From IMG/VR virus record IMGVR_UViG_3300025679_000005: a stretch of DNA of 64,000 nucleotides. One strand, written 5' to 3'. Under the pieces are notes generated by a model. The model had not been told where the DNA came from. It saw nothing but the letters and a program-made list of their open reading frames with translations, and did no database searches. How positions within the stretch are numbered: the stretch's first letter is position 1; each line of letters begins with the position of its first letter. A program made the translations under genes and the position numbers. This DNA comes from a virus. Taxonomy: Duplodnaviria > Caudoviricetes. Shown in pieces: positions 38,280 through 48,782 of this stretch.

Positions 38280-39317
38280 ATGCTTCCCATCAACTTCAAG
38301 GACCTCACTGGCCAACGCTTCGAAGAGCTGAAACTGACCGTGATCGGTGCGACCTCACCTGACGCACATGGGCACATGCTGTGGAAGTGCCTACGGGATG
38401 ACGGCTCGGAAATACTGCGGACGGGCAGCTACCTGACGCATTACAAGCCCAGGGAGAAGGTGTTGCATCCCAAGCGTCCGCCAGCACCCAAGATCAAGCC
38501 GACTCCGGAGTACACTGCCTGGACTTCGATGAAACAGCGTTGCTTGAATTCTAACGCTCAAGCCTACAAGGACTACGGAGGGCGAGGCATCACCGTCTGC
38601 CAGCGGTGGCAGGACAGCTACGAGGCCTTCCTAGAGGACGTTGGGCCACGACCGGGCAAAGGCTACTCTCTTGAACGGGAGCATTCTGACGGCAACTACG
38701 AGCCGGGGAATGCGCACTGGGCTACGCGCATAGCTCAAGCACGAAACACTAGAGCAAGCCGTCTGCTGACCCATCAAGGGGAGACATTGACCGTGGCCGG
38801 TTGGGCAGAGAGACTGGGAATTCCAAAGCACACAATTACAAACCGTCTGAACCAGGGCCTGGAAATAGAAGCGGTGTTTGGCCCCACCAAACTAAAGCCT
38901 AGAACTGGCTTTGAGCGGACTATCGGCGTTGAACGTGACGCCTGGAAAGCAATGCTACATCGTTGCACGAACCCGAAACATCCTGCCTGGTCGAAGTATG
39001 GTGGCCGAGGGATCCTGGTGTGCGAACGTTGGCTGGGATCCTTCGACAACTTTCTGGCTGATGTTGGCGCCCGACCAGGTCCTGGGTACAGTCTGGAGCG
39101 GAAGGATGTCAACGGCAATTACGAGCTGGACAACTGCAAGTGGGCTACTAGGACGGAGCAGATGCGGAACACCAGGAAGACGCGCTGGCTCACGTTGCAC
39201 GGGGTCACGCGCAGCTTGAGTGAGTGGGCCGAGGTGACGGGCATCAACTACGAGACGATCCGCAATCGGCTACGGAAGGGGTTGTCGGTGGAACGGGTGC
39301 TGGCCTTGGCGGTGTAG
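38280..39317 (+). CDS. Free-standing HNH-type endonuclease with a tandem duplicated domain
   Basis: Two copies of AW..M..RC.N....Y..YGGRGI.VC.RW...SLER....GNYE..N..WATR..Q.RN; extended -10 TGCTATACT upstream. Confidence 0.85.
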   Translation: MLPINFKDLTGQRFEELKLTVIGATSPDAHGHMLWKCLRDDGSEILRTGSYLTHYKPREKVLHPKRPPAPKIKPTPEYTAWTSMKQRCLNSNAQAYKDYGGRGITVCQRWQDSYEAFLEDVGPRPGKGYSLEREHSDGNYEPGNAHWATRIAQARNTRASRLLTHQGETLTVAGWAERLGIPKHTITNRLNQGLEIEAVFGPTKLKPRTGFERTIGVERDAWKAMLHRCTNPKHPAWSKYGGRGILVCERWLGSFDNFLADVGARPGPGYSLERKDVNGNYELDNCKWATRTEQMRNTRKTRWLTLHGVTRSLSEWAEVTGINYETIRNRLRKGLSVERVLALAV

Positions 39318-39326
39318 ATAACGGGG

Positions 39327-39878
39327 ATGCCTGTCCTTACACGCACTCAACGTGAGATTCATGACGCTATTGCTGAAGAAGCAGGCATTGTTGCTAGGGG
39401 ATTTCACAGAGAAACCGTAGCTGACAGCACTGTCATTGCTGTTCTCCGAGCGCATAGTCTGATTGAGGGTCAACTCTACCAGACTATGGAATCCAGATAC
39501 CCAGGGCTGGGCCTAAGAGAGATTGACTTGAATTTTCACAAGCTACATCGATTAGCATTCAGCACCAACTTTGGATCCCCTGTGAGTCAAGCCATAGGGG
39601 CTTTGAATAGGATTCGAAACAGAATTGCTCATGGCGCGGAGGGTCAAATCCCAGACCATGACCTAAACCTCATTCGAGCAGCTATCCCTGTGAACTCTCG
39701 CACAGGGAGTATCACTCTAATGTGTTATATGCTCCTGAATACAGTGGCGATTTCGCAGGCTGTAGAGCGTAAGCTGCATCTGATCCTTTCTGAATCAGAT
39801 GAGGAACAGGCGGCCAGAGAAGCACATGCCCAAATTGGAGAGGACATTCTAGTCCGACGTGGGTGGCTTACCCGATAG
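39327..39878 (+). CDS. HEPN-like domain protein
   Basis: LRAHSLIE...LNRIRNRIAHG (R-x4-H). Confidence 0.5.
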   Translation: MPVLTRTQREIHDAIAEEAGIVARGFHRETVADSTVIAVLRAHSLIEGQLYQTMESRYPGLGLREIDLNFHKLHRLAFSTNFGSPVSQAIGALNRIRNRIAHGAEGQIPDHDLNLIRAAIPVNSRTGSITLMCYMLLNTVAISQAVERKLHLILSESDEEQAAREAHAQIGEDILVRRGWLTR

Positions 39879-40441
39879 CCAGCCTGCCTCCGGCGGTGTA
39901 AGACAGTCATTGGCAATGCCCGTCGACAAGCTCCCCCTTCATCCAATACTGAAAGACATCCGCCAGGACCAGGAGGATCGACGCCGCAAGCGAGGAAAAT
40001 ACGCCCCTCCGACGGAAACGTGCCGAGGCTGCTCAGGGACCGTGGTCGCTGAGATCAGCTACAGGGATGACGGGAGGATTGGCGGCCCTCCCCGGCCGGC
40101 CTACGTCAGCGGATGGTATTGCCAGGATTGTTTCCTCGTGTATCGGCAATGTCCACCCACGCCTCCGGCGGATCCAGGGTGATGTCCAAACCGGTACAGT
40201 TCTTGGCCAAGGTCGTGGAGTCTAGGCTTCAGCTCGACATCCCTGTGGATTCCGAGGTATTCCCAGAGGGGGCGGAGGTCACGCTCACAGTGAGTGGGAT
40301 CGTCACTGACCGCTGTCGGTGTGTCTTCGTGCCAGGGATTATGAATCCACCGGGGAATCGAATGCCTCGTGTTAGAACTAGGTGTGCTCTCCAGAGGGGC
40401 CACGAAGACGGGCACAGTTTCGAACCGGTGTAGTAACGGCA

Positions 40442-40774
40442 ATGCCTCCTCCGGATCCAAGTCGTTCTGTGCTTGTCAGTGCACTCGCTGAGGTGTACCA
40501 CCACTTCGAGGTCATGGGGATCCGGGTTGGATTCATCTACCTGAATCCGAACGAGATGGCGGTATTGGCCAAAGACGAGTGCTTCGACGTGGAGACCCAT
40601 CGTGAGGTGTTGGAGCACTTGAGCTGGGGCAGTGGGGGCTCTTATGAGGGGTGTTTATTCGGAGCCTTTGTCTTTAGCTCGGACAAGGTTCCCATGAGCC
40701 ATGTGGGGGTCATCCCCGAGGACTTCAAAGCGGAGCTGCTTGGCGGAGCCGGATGTATTCCCTTGGGGTTGTAG
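40442..40774 (+). CDS. Hypothetical protein, possibly capsid-domain-like
   Basis: Start by GGTGTA motif; RVGFIYLNPNE...FDVETHREVL...LFGAFVFSSDKVP. Confidence 0.5.
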   Translation: MPPPDPSRSVLVSALAEVYHHFEVMGIRVGFIYLNPNEMAVLAKDECFDVETHREVLEHLSWGSGGSYEGCLFGAFVFSSDKVPMSHVGVIPEDFKAELLGGAGCIPLGL

Positions 40775-41518
40775 TGTTCATGGACGAACTCGATGGTTGT
40801 TTCAGCTTCGTCGCGTGCTTTGCCATCATGTGGATCGTGGTGGTCTTGGGAGCGATCTCCCTGGCCGTTTACGGCCGGGCGTGGATCGTCGAGAACTGGT
40901 TCTTGTTCCTGCTGGCTGGGCTCATTGGGTTGATGACCCTGGACCGATCATGATCTCCGATAAAGATTTTGCTGTCTTTGAAATGTGGTTCCGGGAATAC
41001 TTCGATGTTGATGGGCCCGAGGAGTTGCCGGACCCGAAGTACCTTCACCTGTGGGCAGACCTGCATGGACAAGAATTCCTATCGGAATTGAAGGCGATGC
41101 GAAAGGTACCCATCTGTCCTGGGTGTTGTCATCCTCGGTGTGACTCCAGGTGTGACCTCAACGCCAATCCGGTTTACCGGTACATTCCCGGCGAGCCCTG
41201 TCCCTGCTGCGTGTTCAAGTCCGAGCCTTAGCCCATGATCGTACTCTCTCGAAGACGCCAGGGGATAGCTGAAGCCATCGGGGCGGCAACCGCTCACGAT
41301 ATCTTCGTGTCGATGTTGAACCCGAATTTTCGAGGGGAGAACTTCACTTGGGCGAAGCTAGAAGAGATGGCTGTGATCTCTGCCAGGAACAGGATTCCTC
41401 TTCACGGTAACTTCGGTCGGGACCTGTTGACGATGCAAAAAGTCGCCGAGCATTGGGCGAGGTATATTGTCAAAACTTGCCTGTCTGACTCCGATGTCGA
41501 GACGTGGTTGCCTCTGCC

Positions 41519-41848
41519 GTGAGCGTGCTCTCTCAGGCCTATGAGGACGCTAAGGCTGAGATCGATTACCTACAGCGGTGGGCGTATAGCCAATATCTGT
41601 GGGTGCAACGCCCGGGGCATCGTCGCGTGCGAATTCGCACTACGACATTGCTAGGGCTTGAATCCATGATCATGAAAGCGATTGACTATCTTGGAGTCGA
41701 AGGCGGACGACCTACCTTCCGAGCATTTTCCTCGGAAGTGACGATGGGTTCCGTGTTCACGGTCAAGCACTTCGAGAAGTTTCAGATAGTCGGAATTGAA
41801 TTTCCGAAACTTTCCGTCTGGGATCGCCTTTCCGACCCTATTATCTAA
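41519..41848 (+). CDS. C-terminal-tag protein (LSVWDRLSDPII)
   Basis: GTGA overlap with the upstream gene; tag at the end. Confidence 0.7.
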   Translation: MSVLSQAYEDAKAEIDYLQRWAYSQYLWVQRPGHRRVRIRTTTLLGLESMIMKAIDYLGVEGGRPTFRAFSSEVTMGSVFTVKHFEKFQIVGIEFPKLSVWDRLSDPII

Positions 41849-41876
41849 GAGCAATCACTGACCGTAAGGACCTTCC

Positions 41877-43207
41877 ATGGGCTCATTCAACGCTACCTGT
41901 ATCGTCTCCAATCTTCCTATTGAAGCTGGGGACAAAGTTCGATACCTCGCACTTGCCCGGAACGCTTACGATGTCGACGGATCCGGCCTCTGCTGTTACG
42001 TCACGGGGCGTTGGCAGCTCCACGGGGTTCCGATCAAAGCCGAGTACAACGACTACGGCTCAGTGGAAAACATCGTCCCGGGGTTCACGACGGATCTCTT
42101 TTTCAAGGGACTGGCGATGGCAGTGGTCGAGGTCGGGGTCGGGGACAATTCGTGTCATGACGTTCCCGTCCGTGAGGACATGAACGTGGAACAGTGGCTG
42201 GAGGCCCTTTGGGAGGGGCGGGTCAAGGTCAGTGACCACAGGGCGTTGTATCGCAAGATCTCAGAGGCTAAGGAGCTTGACCAGAAGCTTGAGGAGCTGA
42301 CGGGATCGAACCCGCAGTTGGCTGGATTCTACGATCCGAAGGCTTATGAGCCAACGACAGGGATTCCTTCGTTCCGGCGGATCGAGAAGCTCATGGCTGA
42401 AGCCGGGATCGAGGTCTCATCCGGTGGCTTCGCTTCCGGTGTTTTGGTCGACGAGGTAGGTTCTGGATTCGTTCGCATCCGCCGTGGGGAGATTGGTGAG
42501 AAGCCGGGTCTGGAGCCTCTCCTTCCGATCCTACATGGGGCTCATACACCAATGGATCGGAGATCTTGGTTGGGGCTTTGCCCAGTACCGATCCGAAGGT
42601 TCACATCCACGTGAACCACGACGTTGAGGACTACAACAAGGCGAGGCCGGTTTCTGCGGCGATGATTCGAGAGGATGTGTGGCAGATCCTTGTGAATACG
42701 CCCATAGATTCCTGGCACGGCAACTACAACATCGACAGTTTCAAGTCCGAGGCTTTGAGGGCCTTGGAAGGGGACCTTGCTAAGGCCGAAGAGCTGAAAG
42801 TGGCTAAGGCCGGTGGAGACGAGAGTAGGATCTTCCGTTTGGCTATGCGGATGAACGACGACTTCGACATCAATCCCCGGGAGAATGTTTTCCGGGGATC
42901 AATCCGCGGCAGCGAAGGCGTTTCCGGATTCTCATTCCGGGAGGCGTTCCGTTTCGGTATCGAGCAGGGAACGTCACCTGAAGAGTTGCGTGCCTACATT
43001 CTCGACTTGGCGGAGACGGTCTACGTCCAGTGGGTGTATTCAGTACTCCACGGGCAGTGGCATCCGACGACGAACTCCGGCCAGGAGGGCAACTGGAAGG
43101 AGCACCGCCAGTTTCTGACATCGTTGTTGGAGATCAAGGGACGCTGGGAGAATGCGTCCGATGAGTCTGATGAGGGCGAGGACGACGATTCGGGACCGGA
43201 GGAGTGA
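41877..43207 (+). pseudogene. One conserved-looking phage gene split by a -1 frameshift near 42497-42563
   Basis: Two overlapping ORFs (41877..42614 and 42566..43207) with continuous coding style; G4 run at 42537-42540. Confidence 0.55.
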
Positions 43208-43883
43208 TTTCCCCTGGTGTAAGGTAGGCCGTGAAATTCATTACTGTATTCAATCGTGTCCTTAGCCTAGCTAGGGCGGACGGCTACAGCAGACTGTTTC
43301 AAAGTGAGCCTGGGGAAAGACCTCTTCTATCTGTGCTGTTGAGATCTGACGACGACTGGGAGATGCGTGTGTTGGGATCCGGTGGCGTGGCCGGCTTCGG
43401 GAAAGGGTCTACCTTGGAAGAGGCAGAGGCACAGGTCATGGCCAATCTGTCTAGCTTGAACCGGGCCCTTTCGGGGCTCATCTACGAGCTTACGTGAATT
43501 CCCCTAGGAATCTGTTTCCGAGCTGATTTCGGCCCTCTACCCACCGCGGCCTGCGGCCGTAGACTCAGTCCCACTTACGATGGTTTCGAGCCGTCCAGAA
43601 GTCCTTGGAGTAGTCCCCAATATTGAGACCATTATCCCCCACGTGAACAACGATAGATCTACGACAACCTCAAGGAGAACAACTAGTGGAACGCCGGTTT
43701 GTGATTCAGTACATGAAGGATGACGGTTCTTGGCACGATTACGTGCCCCGTCCGATTCTGGAGAGGGACCAGAGTTACGAAGAGGTTGTGCGGATGGCCA
43801 AGGACCTAAAGCCCGAGTTGAAGCAGTGGCGGGTCCTGACCTACACCCTGACTGCGACCCTGAATTTGGGGTAGACTGTTTCG

Positions 43884-44288
43884 ATGCCCACTAACATCAA
43901 GGACTTTGTGGCCGGGGTGCAGGCACCCCTTGAGCCTGAGGACAAGCCTACGCCAAGGTTGGCCGAGGCTTTGCAAAAGGTCCTGGACAGGTACAGGTCA
44001 GCCGAAAGGTTGCTCCTCGATGAGTACTACCCTCTTGGAACGATCCTGTATATGATCTCGACAGTCTTTTACGAGCCTTTGGGAGAGTTCCTTGAGAGAG
44101 GGACACCAGGGAAGGTAGTCAGCCGCTGGTCGTGGAATGCGGGCACTGAACATTCCATCCACATTGAGATCGTCTCTCCCTCAGGGATCATTCACAGGAT
44201 TACAGAGGATCTACCAAACATCCAGCATGGCTGGTCCTTGGACCCTCCGGCCACGATTGCAGATCGCCTAACGGACCCCCTTCTCTAG
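43884..44288 (+). CDS. C-terminal-tag protein (ATIADRLTDPLL)
   Basis: 134-aa ORF. Confidence 0.7.
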   Translation: MPTNIKDFVAGVQAPLEPEDKPTPRLAEALQKVLDRYRSAERLLLDEYYPLGTILYMISTVFYEPLGEFLERGTPGKVVSRWSWNAGTEHSIHIEIVSPSGIIHRITEDLPNIQHGWSLDPPATIADRLTDPLL

Positions 44289-44306
44289 CCGGTGTATTAC
44301 CCGGCA

Positions 44307-44795
44307 ATGGCACTTACCGAAGCTGATCTGGTCAGGGTTCAAGAACTGGCGAACAAGGCCACTTACGGGATTCAGTCCGTCCTAGAAAAGCGTAAGCAGA
44401 AAGAGCTGGAGATCGAGCATGCTCAGGCGGTGATGCGTGAAGAGACGGGCAGGCTCTTTAATGAAGTAGTGACCCCCACCCTCCAAGCTTACGTGGAGGC
44501 GAGGACGAACGGCCCTGCGTACCTTCGTCTTACGCTAGTAGTAATGAAGGGTATGAATCCGGTCCTGAATTTGATCTACCACCCTGAGAAGCCTGGGGAA
44601 ACGGGGATGGATCCTTTGACCGTTGCTATTTTTTACGAGGATTCTGGTGCTTTCAGGCTTGAGTACCGCTGTGATTGTACTTTCGTCAATGGCGAAAAGA
44701 AGTTCTACCTGGACCTGGACATGATGACCCCTGCGAACATCCTCGCAAAGCTCCACCAGATCTTCCAGCATTGGGACAGTCAAAACGGTTTCTAG
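44307..44795 (+). CDS. Hypothetical protein
   Basis: GGTGTA motif 10 nt upstream of ATG 44307. Confidence 0.65.
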   Translation: MALTEADLVRVQELANKATYGIQSVLEKRKQKELEIEHAQAVMREETGRLFNEVVTPTLQAYVEARTNGPAYLRLTLVVMKGMNPVLNLIYHPEKPGETGMDPLTVAIFYEDSGAFRLEYRCDCTFVNGEKKFYLDLDMMTPANILAKLHQIFQHWDSQNGF

Positions 44796-44850
44796 CCCTT
44801 AGGTTTGTGAGAACCACTGCCGTATAGTGAGGCATGAAAGTTTGCTCCAA

Positions 44851-46026
44851 ATGATTCGTTCCTACCGATACCCCCTGCACCCAACGAAGGCCCAGGAAGC
44901 GATCCTGCTTCACTGGCTTCGCATGTGTTGCAGTCTGTATAATGGGGCACTGGAGGAACGTAAGTCCTCTTGGGTCAAGCTAAAGAAGGGTGTCTCCTAC
45001 CTCAATCAGCAGAGGTCTCTGACTATCATTCGGGCACAAGATCCTGACTTCGAAGCGATCCCAGCAGCTATTCTTAGGGCCCCTCTCAAGCGTCTCGATC
45101 GCGCCTACAAGGCGTTCTTCCGCCGTGTTAAATCCGGCGAAACTCCAGGCTTTCCCAGATTTAAGAGCAGTAAGCGCTATGATTCCTTCTCGTTAATGGG
45201 GCAATTCTCTGAGGCCACCCCTAAGGCCAAAGGGCGATCAGCCCAAGTTCGCATCCCGAAGCTGGGGTTAGTCAAGTTCAACCAATACCGACCCCTCAAG
45301 GGGAAGGTCAGAGATATCCTCGTCAAGCGAGAGGCTGATCGATGGTTCGTAATCTTTCAGTGTGACCTAGGAGCTGCCCCTGAGGTCGTTGTCGACCCTA
45401 CGAAGTCCGTCGGCATCGACTTGGGACTCACCCATTTCGGGACTTTGGATGATGGGACGACGATCTCCAATCCCAGGTTCTTCAAGGCAGGGCAGGACCT
45501 CCTAGCACGTCGCCAATGCGCTCTGCAACGCAAGCGCAAGGGCAGCCGCTCCCGACAACGGGCCAAGACCCTAGTCCAGAGGGCTCACGCTCACGTCAAG
45601 AACCAGAGGCTAGATCACGCTAGGAAGCTGGCGAAGTCCCTCTTTGAAACGAATGACATAGTCTGTTACGAGGACCTCTCGATTCAGGAGATGATCTCAG
45701 GTCCTTCCAGAGATGGTAAATACAAGCTCAATTTAGCGAAGTCAATCGTAGATGCGTCCTGGTCAATCACAATCCACTGCCTAAAATGCAAAGCGGAAGA
45801 AGCTGGCAAATTAGCGGTAGGGGTAGATCCAAGAGGGACCACACAGAGGTGTAGTGGGTGCGGAACCGTCGTCCCAAAGGGACTCCGGGACCGCGTTCAT
45901 GATTGCCCCGTCTGTGGCCTCATCATGGATCGTGACCAGAATGCAGGATGTAACATCAAAGCGCTCGGTTTGAGCGCGGTCAGTGGCTTGCGAAGCCAGC
46001 CGAAGTCCGAAAGGAAGGCGGCTTAA
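44851..46026 (+). mobile_element. tnpB: TnpB RNA-guided nuclease, intact (IS200/IS605-type, no tnpA)
   Basis: HTH MIRSYRYPLHPT; RuvC VGIDLG, CYEDL, DRDQNA; Zn ribbon CSGC/CPVC. Confidence 0.92.
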
Positions 46027-46073
46027 ATGAGCCGTCAAGACTCGGGCAAAACCGAAGTAACTGAAGACGATTT
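45958..46073 (+). ncRNA. omegaRNA scaffold plus putative guide of TnpB copy 1
   Basis: Hairpins conserved with covariation across three copies; scaffold ends GCAAAACC at 46053. Confidence 0.65.
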
Positions 46074-46215
46074 CCAGAACTTCGTGGCGAAGTGGCAGGC
46101 CACGGTTGCTGTCGACGAATCAGAGCGAGAGGCTATGGTTGCCGCGCTTCCTTTGGCTGTGCTGGTCGTTCTTCAGTACACTACAGCGTCAATGGAAAGC
46201 ATTCCCCGGTCATGA
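46027..46215 (+). CDS. Small protein whose start lies inside the omegaRNA hairpin
   Basis: ATG directly follows the tnpB stop TAA. Confidence 0.4.
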   Translation: MSRQDSGKTEVTEDDFQNFVAKWQATVAVDESEREAMVAALPLAVLVVLQYTTASMESIPRS

Positions 46216-46991
46216 TCCTCTCTCGCCAGTATCGTGTCGACGGTGTCGACGCCAACAAGCAGGGGGCGTTCGTGCTCCTACGTGGTACGCACGAACGGCT
46301 TCAGATTGCCGTGAGTGACGTGGAGGCTAACGAGCTTCGAGGTCATGTGGGGCGGTTCCTGAAGCTAGTACTTGAAGAGCGGAGCCCTTCGTCGGCCCCA
46401 CCTCCAGTGCCCTCCAGGGTCGACGGGTGACCACCTTATTGTATCTCCTGGCGGGGGCGGTCTGCGGAACCGTTGGGGGATACTTGATGTTCATCTGCCC
46501 GCACAAGCGAAAGCCTGTTGAGAAGCCTTCGGTAAATCGCCCCATTTTCGCTTACATGGAGTCGATTCACGCTGGAGGTGCTTCCAAGTGGCACATGCGT
46601 CGCCTACCTCCTGATGGGGTCCTCAAACTGGGAGGTGGGATTACGACTCCCAGTCTTTGCGGCAAAGTCACGAAGGGGTGGGACTTGGCAGTACCTTTGA
46701 GTGGGCGACACGAGCGTCACACCTGTGAGGAGTGTACTCGAATTTACTTGGCTACCTTCAGGGATCCGGTGTAACAGCCTGGGTGTCCCTTTACCATTGG
46801 TGCATCCTCGGGCTGGCCCTTTTGGTGTTTGGCTTCCTGACAATAATCTGTGGAGCGCACTACCTGACCCTGGTATCCATCATGGGCGTAGTCACGATCA
46901 CCTTCCACATAGTCACGTCTAAAGACGTTCTTTAGAATTTAGAGGATCTTTACTAGGCCCCGGTGTAGTGACGAAATTCAAGGAGATACCA

Positions 46992-47357
46992 ATGACCCAA
47001 TCACATTCAAAATTCAAAGTATTCATCTCGGAACCCGGCAAGAACGGCCTTCTCAATGAGGACGTTCCGGTGGCGATCTCGCGCTTCGTCGATCAGCACA
47101 ACGTGGCCGCCAAGAGCATCGGCGTCGAATTCAAACAGTCCACCGGCAAGGTCTGGTTCACCCTGGGTTATGCCGAAGGCCAGGGAACGCACCAGGTGGC
47201 CGTCAAAACGGTCGTGCTAGGCCAACTTGGTGACGACGCCTCTGCCCTCGAAAACGCGCTGGAGACGGCAGCCAGTGGCCTCGACAACGTGATCTGCCAC
47301 GAGTTCTACGTGGATGGCACCGACACCTTCGTCGCTGTCTTCTTGCAGAAGCTCTGA
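46992..47357 (+). CDS. Hypothetical protein
   Basis: AGGAG Shine-Dalgarno upstream; strong codon bias; followed by a terminator. Confidence 0.75.
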   Translation: MTQSHSKFKVFISEPGKNGLLNEDVPVAISRFVDQHNVAAKSIGVEFKQSTGKVWFTLGYAEGQGTHQVAVKTVVLGQLGDDASALENALETAASGLDNVICHEFYVDGTDTFVAVFLQKL

Positions 47358-47368
47358 GCATTTGCTCT

Positions 47369-47412
47369 GGAAAGGGCCTGCTGCCTTCGGGTAGTGGGCC
47401 CTTTCCTATTTT
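47369..47412 (+). terminator. Intrinsic terminator with UUCG loop
   Basis: GGAAAGGGCC...TTCG...GGCCCTTTCC then TATTTT. Confidence 0.8.
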
Positions 47413-48238
47413 GTATGGCCGATCCTGTTGAGCCCATGACCCCGCTTGTAGCTGGAGCTGAGAGAGTTACCAACCATTGTTGTGGGTGCGTCGAGGTCTA
47501 TCGTATGGACGTTCACGGTAAATGGGTCTGGAAGTCTGGGACAGCTTGTGGTCAAACCGTGCGTTCGGTGTACATACCCACATGATTTACCCCAAAGGCG
47601 GAATCGACTACGAACCGATGACCGAGACGCGACCGAGGTGTAACGAGTGCAGGTTCCCATTTGCACGGACTTCGCACGAGGAAGTATCGGCGGGCTACTG
47701 CAATGGGACAGATGAACTCCGATGCGCTATGGCCGTCATCGCCCGTCTCCGCTCCGAGCTAGACGCCGCGAAGCATCTGCCAGACAAGTTCGAGGAAGAG
47801 AACGATCCGGACTTCGAGGAAGAGCCAGGATACCCTGCTCGTCCGCCCAGAGGCGGTCATCCTATGCAGCCGATCGTCTTAGATCAGAATGGGACTCCTA
47901 GATTCAAGCAGAATCAGATTGTCTATTTTCTGGTTCATCACGGCGGTTTCAACCTTAATCAGATTGCGGCGATGCCATGGCCCAAAGAGGACTACGAGCA
48001 GCTCATGCAGTTGATCGGTACCTCCGTGAGTGCGATCGGTGCCAATACCGAATTCGTCAGCGCCGAGCTTGTGGCTGAAGCGGACGGTATCGCTGAGACC
48101 CTTCTGAAATGAACGCTTGGATTGGCACGGAAGTTACCCTCACTAGGGACACCGAATGCAAATACTGCTGCAACGAGCACTCCCCACCGACCTCAAGACC
48201 CGTATCTCCGCCGCAGTTAACGCCTAGGATCTCAGCCA

Positions 48239-48781
48239 ATGCCTCCAGAGCAAGTCGGTTTCAGAGAGCTGTACAACTCTCACTTTCGTATGGTCTGGAG
48301 AATGTTGAGTCGGCTTGGTGTGCCCAGCGCGGACGTGCCTGATCTTACCCAAAAAGTGTTTCTGATTGCGTTCACGAAGCTGCCAGAATTCGAAGGCCGC
48401 TCCACGATCTCGACGTGGTTGTGCAGCATTTGCAATCGCGTCGCCTGTGGTCATCGGCGATCGTGGTCCACTCGCAACGAGGTTTCCACGGATCCTGTGC
48501 AGCTCGAAGGAATCTCGGGAGAATCGAACGTTCGGCCGCCGGACATCGCGTTGGCGTTACACGCGGAAGCTGAACGCTTCTTAGCCAAGCTGTCCGAAGA
48601 GCAGCGAGCCGTCTTCGTTCTGTACGAAGGCGACGAATTGTCCGGGCCGGAAATTGCCTCGATTTTGCATATCTCTTTGGGGACGGTTCGCTCACGTTTA
48701 CGAGATGCCCACGTCACGTTTCGGCGCGAAATACGACGCTTGGCCATCCGGAGCGCAGATACGCCCCCTCTGAACGTTTAG
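48239..48781 (+). CDS. ECF sigma-70 factor
   Basis: DLTQKVFLIAF...FEGRSTISTWL; region 4 LSEEQRAVFVL...EIASILHISLGTVRSRL. Confidence 0.9.
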   Translation: MPPEQVGFRELYNSHFRMVWRMLSRLGVPSADVPDLTQKVFLIAFTKLPEFEGRSTISTWLCSICNRVACGHRRSWSTRNEVSTDPVQLEGISGESNVRPPDIALALHAEAERFLAKLSEEQRAVFVLYEGDELSGPEIASILHISLGTVRSRLRDAHVTFRREIRRLAIRSADTPPLNV

Positions 48782-48782
48782 C

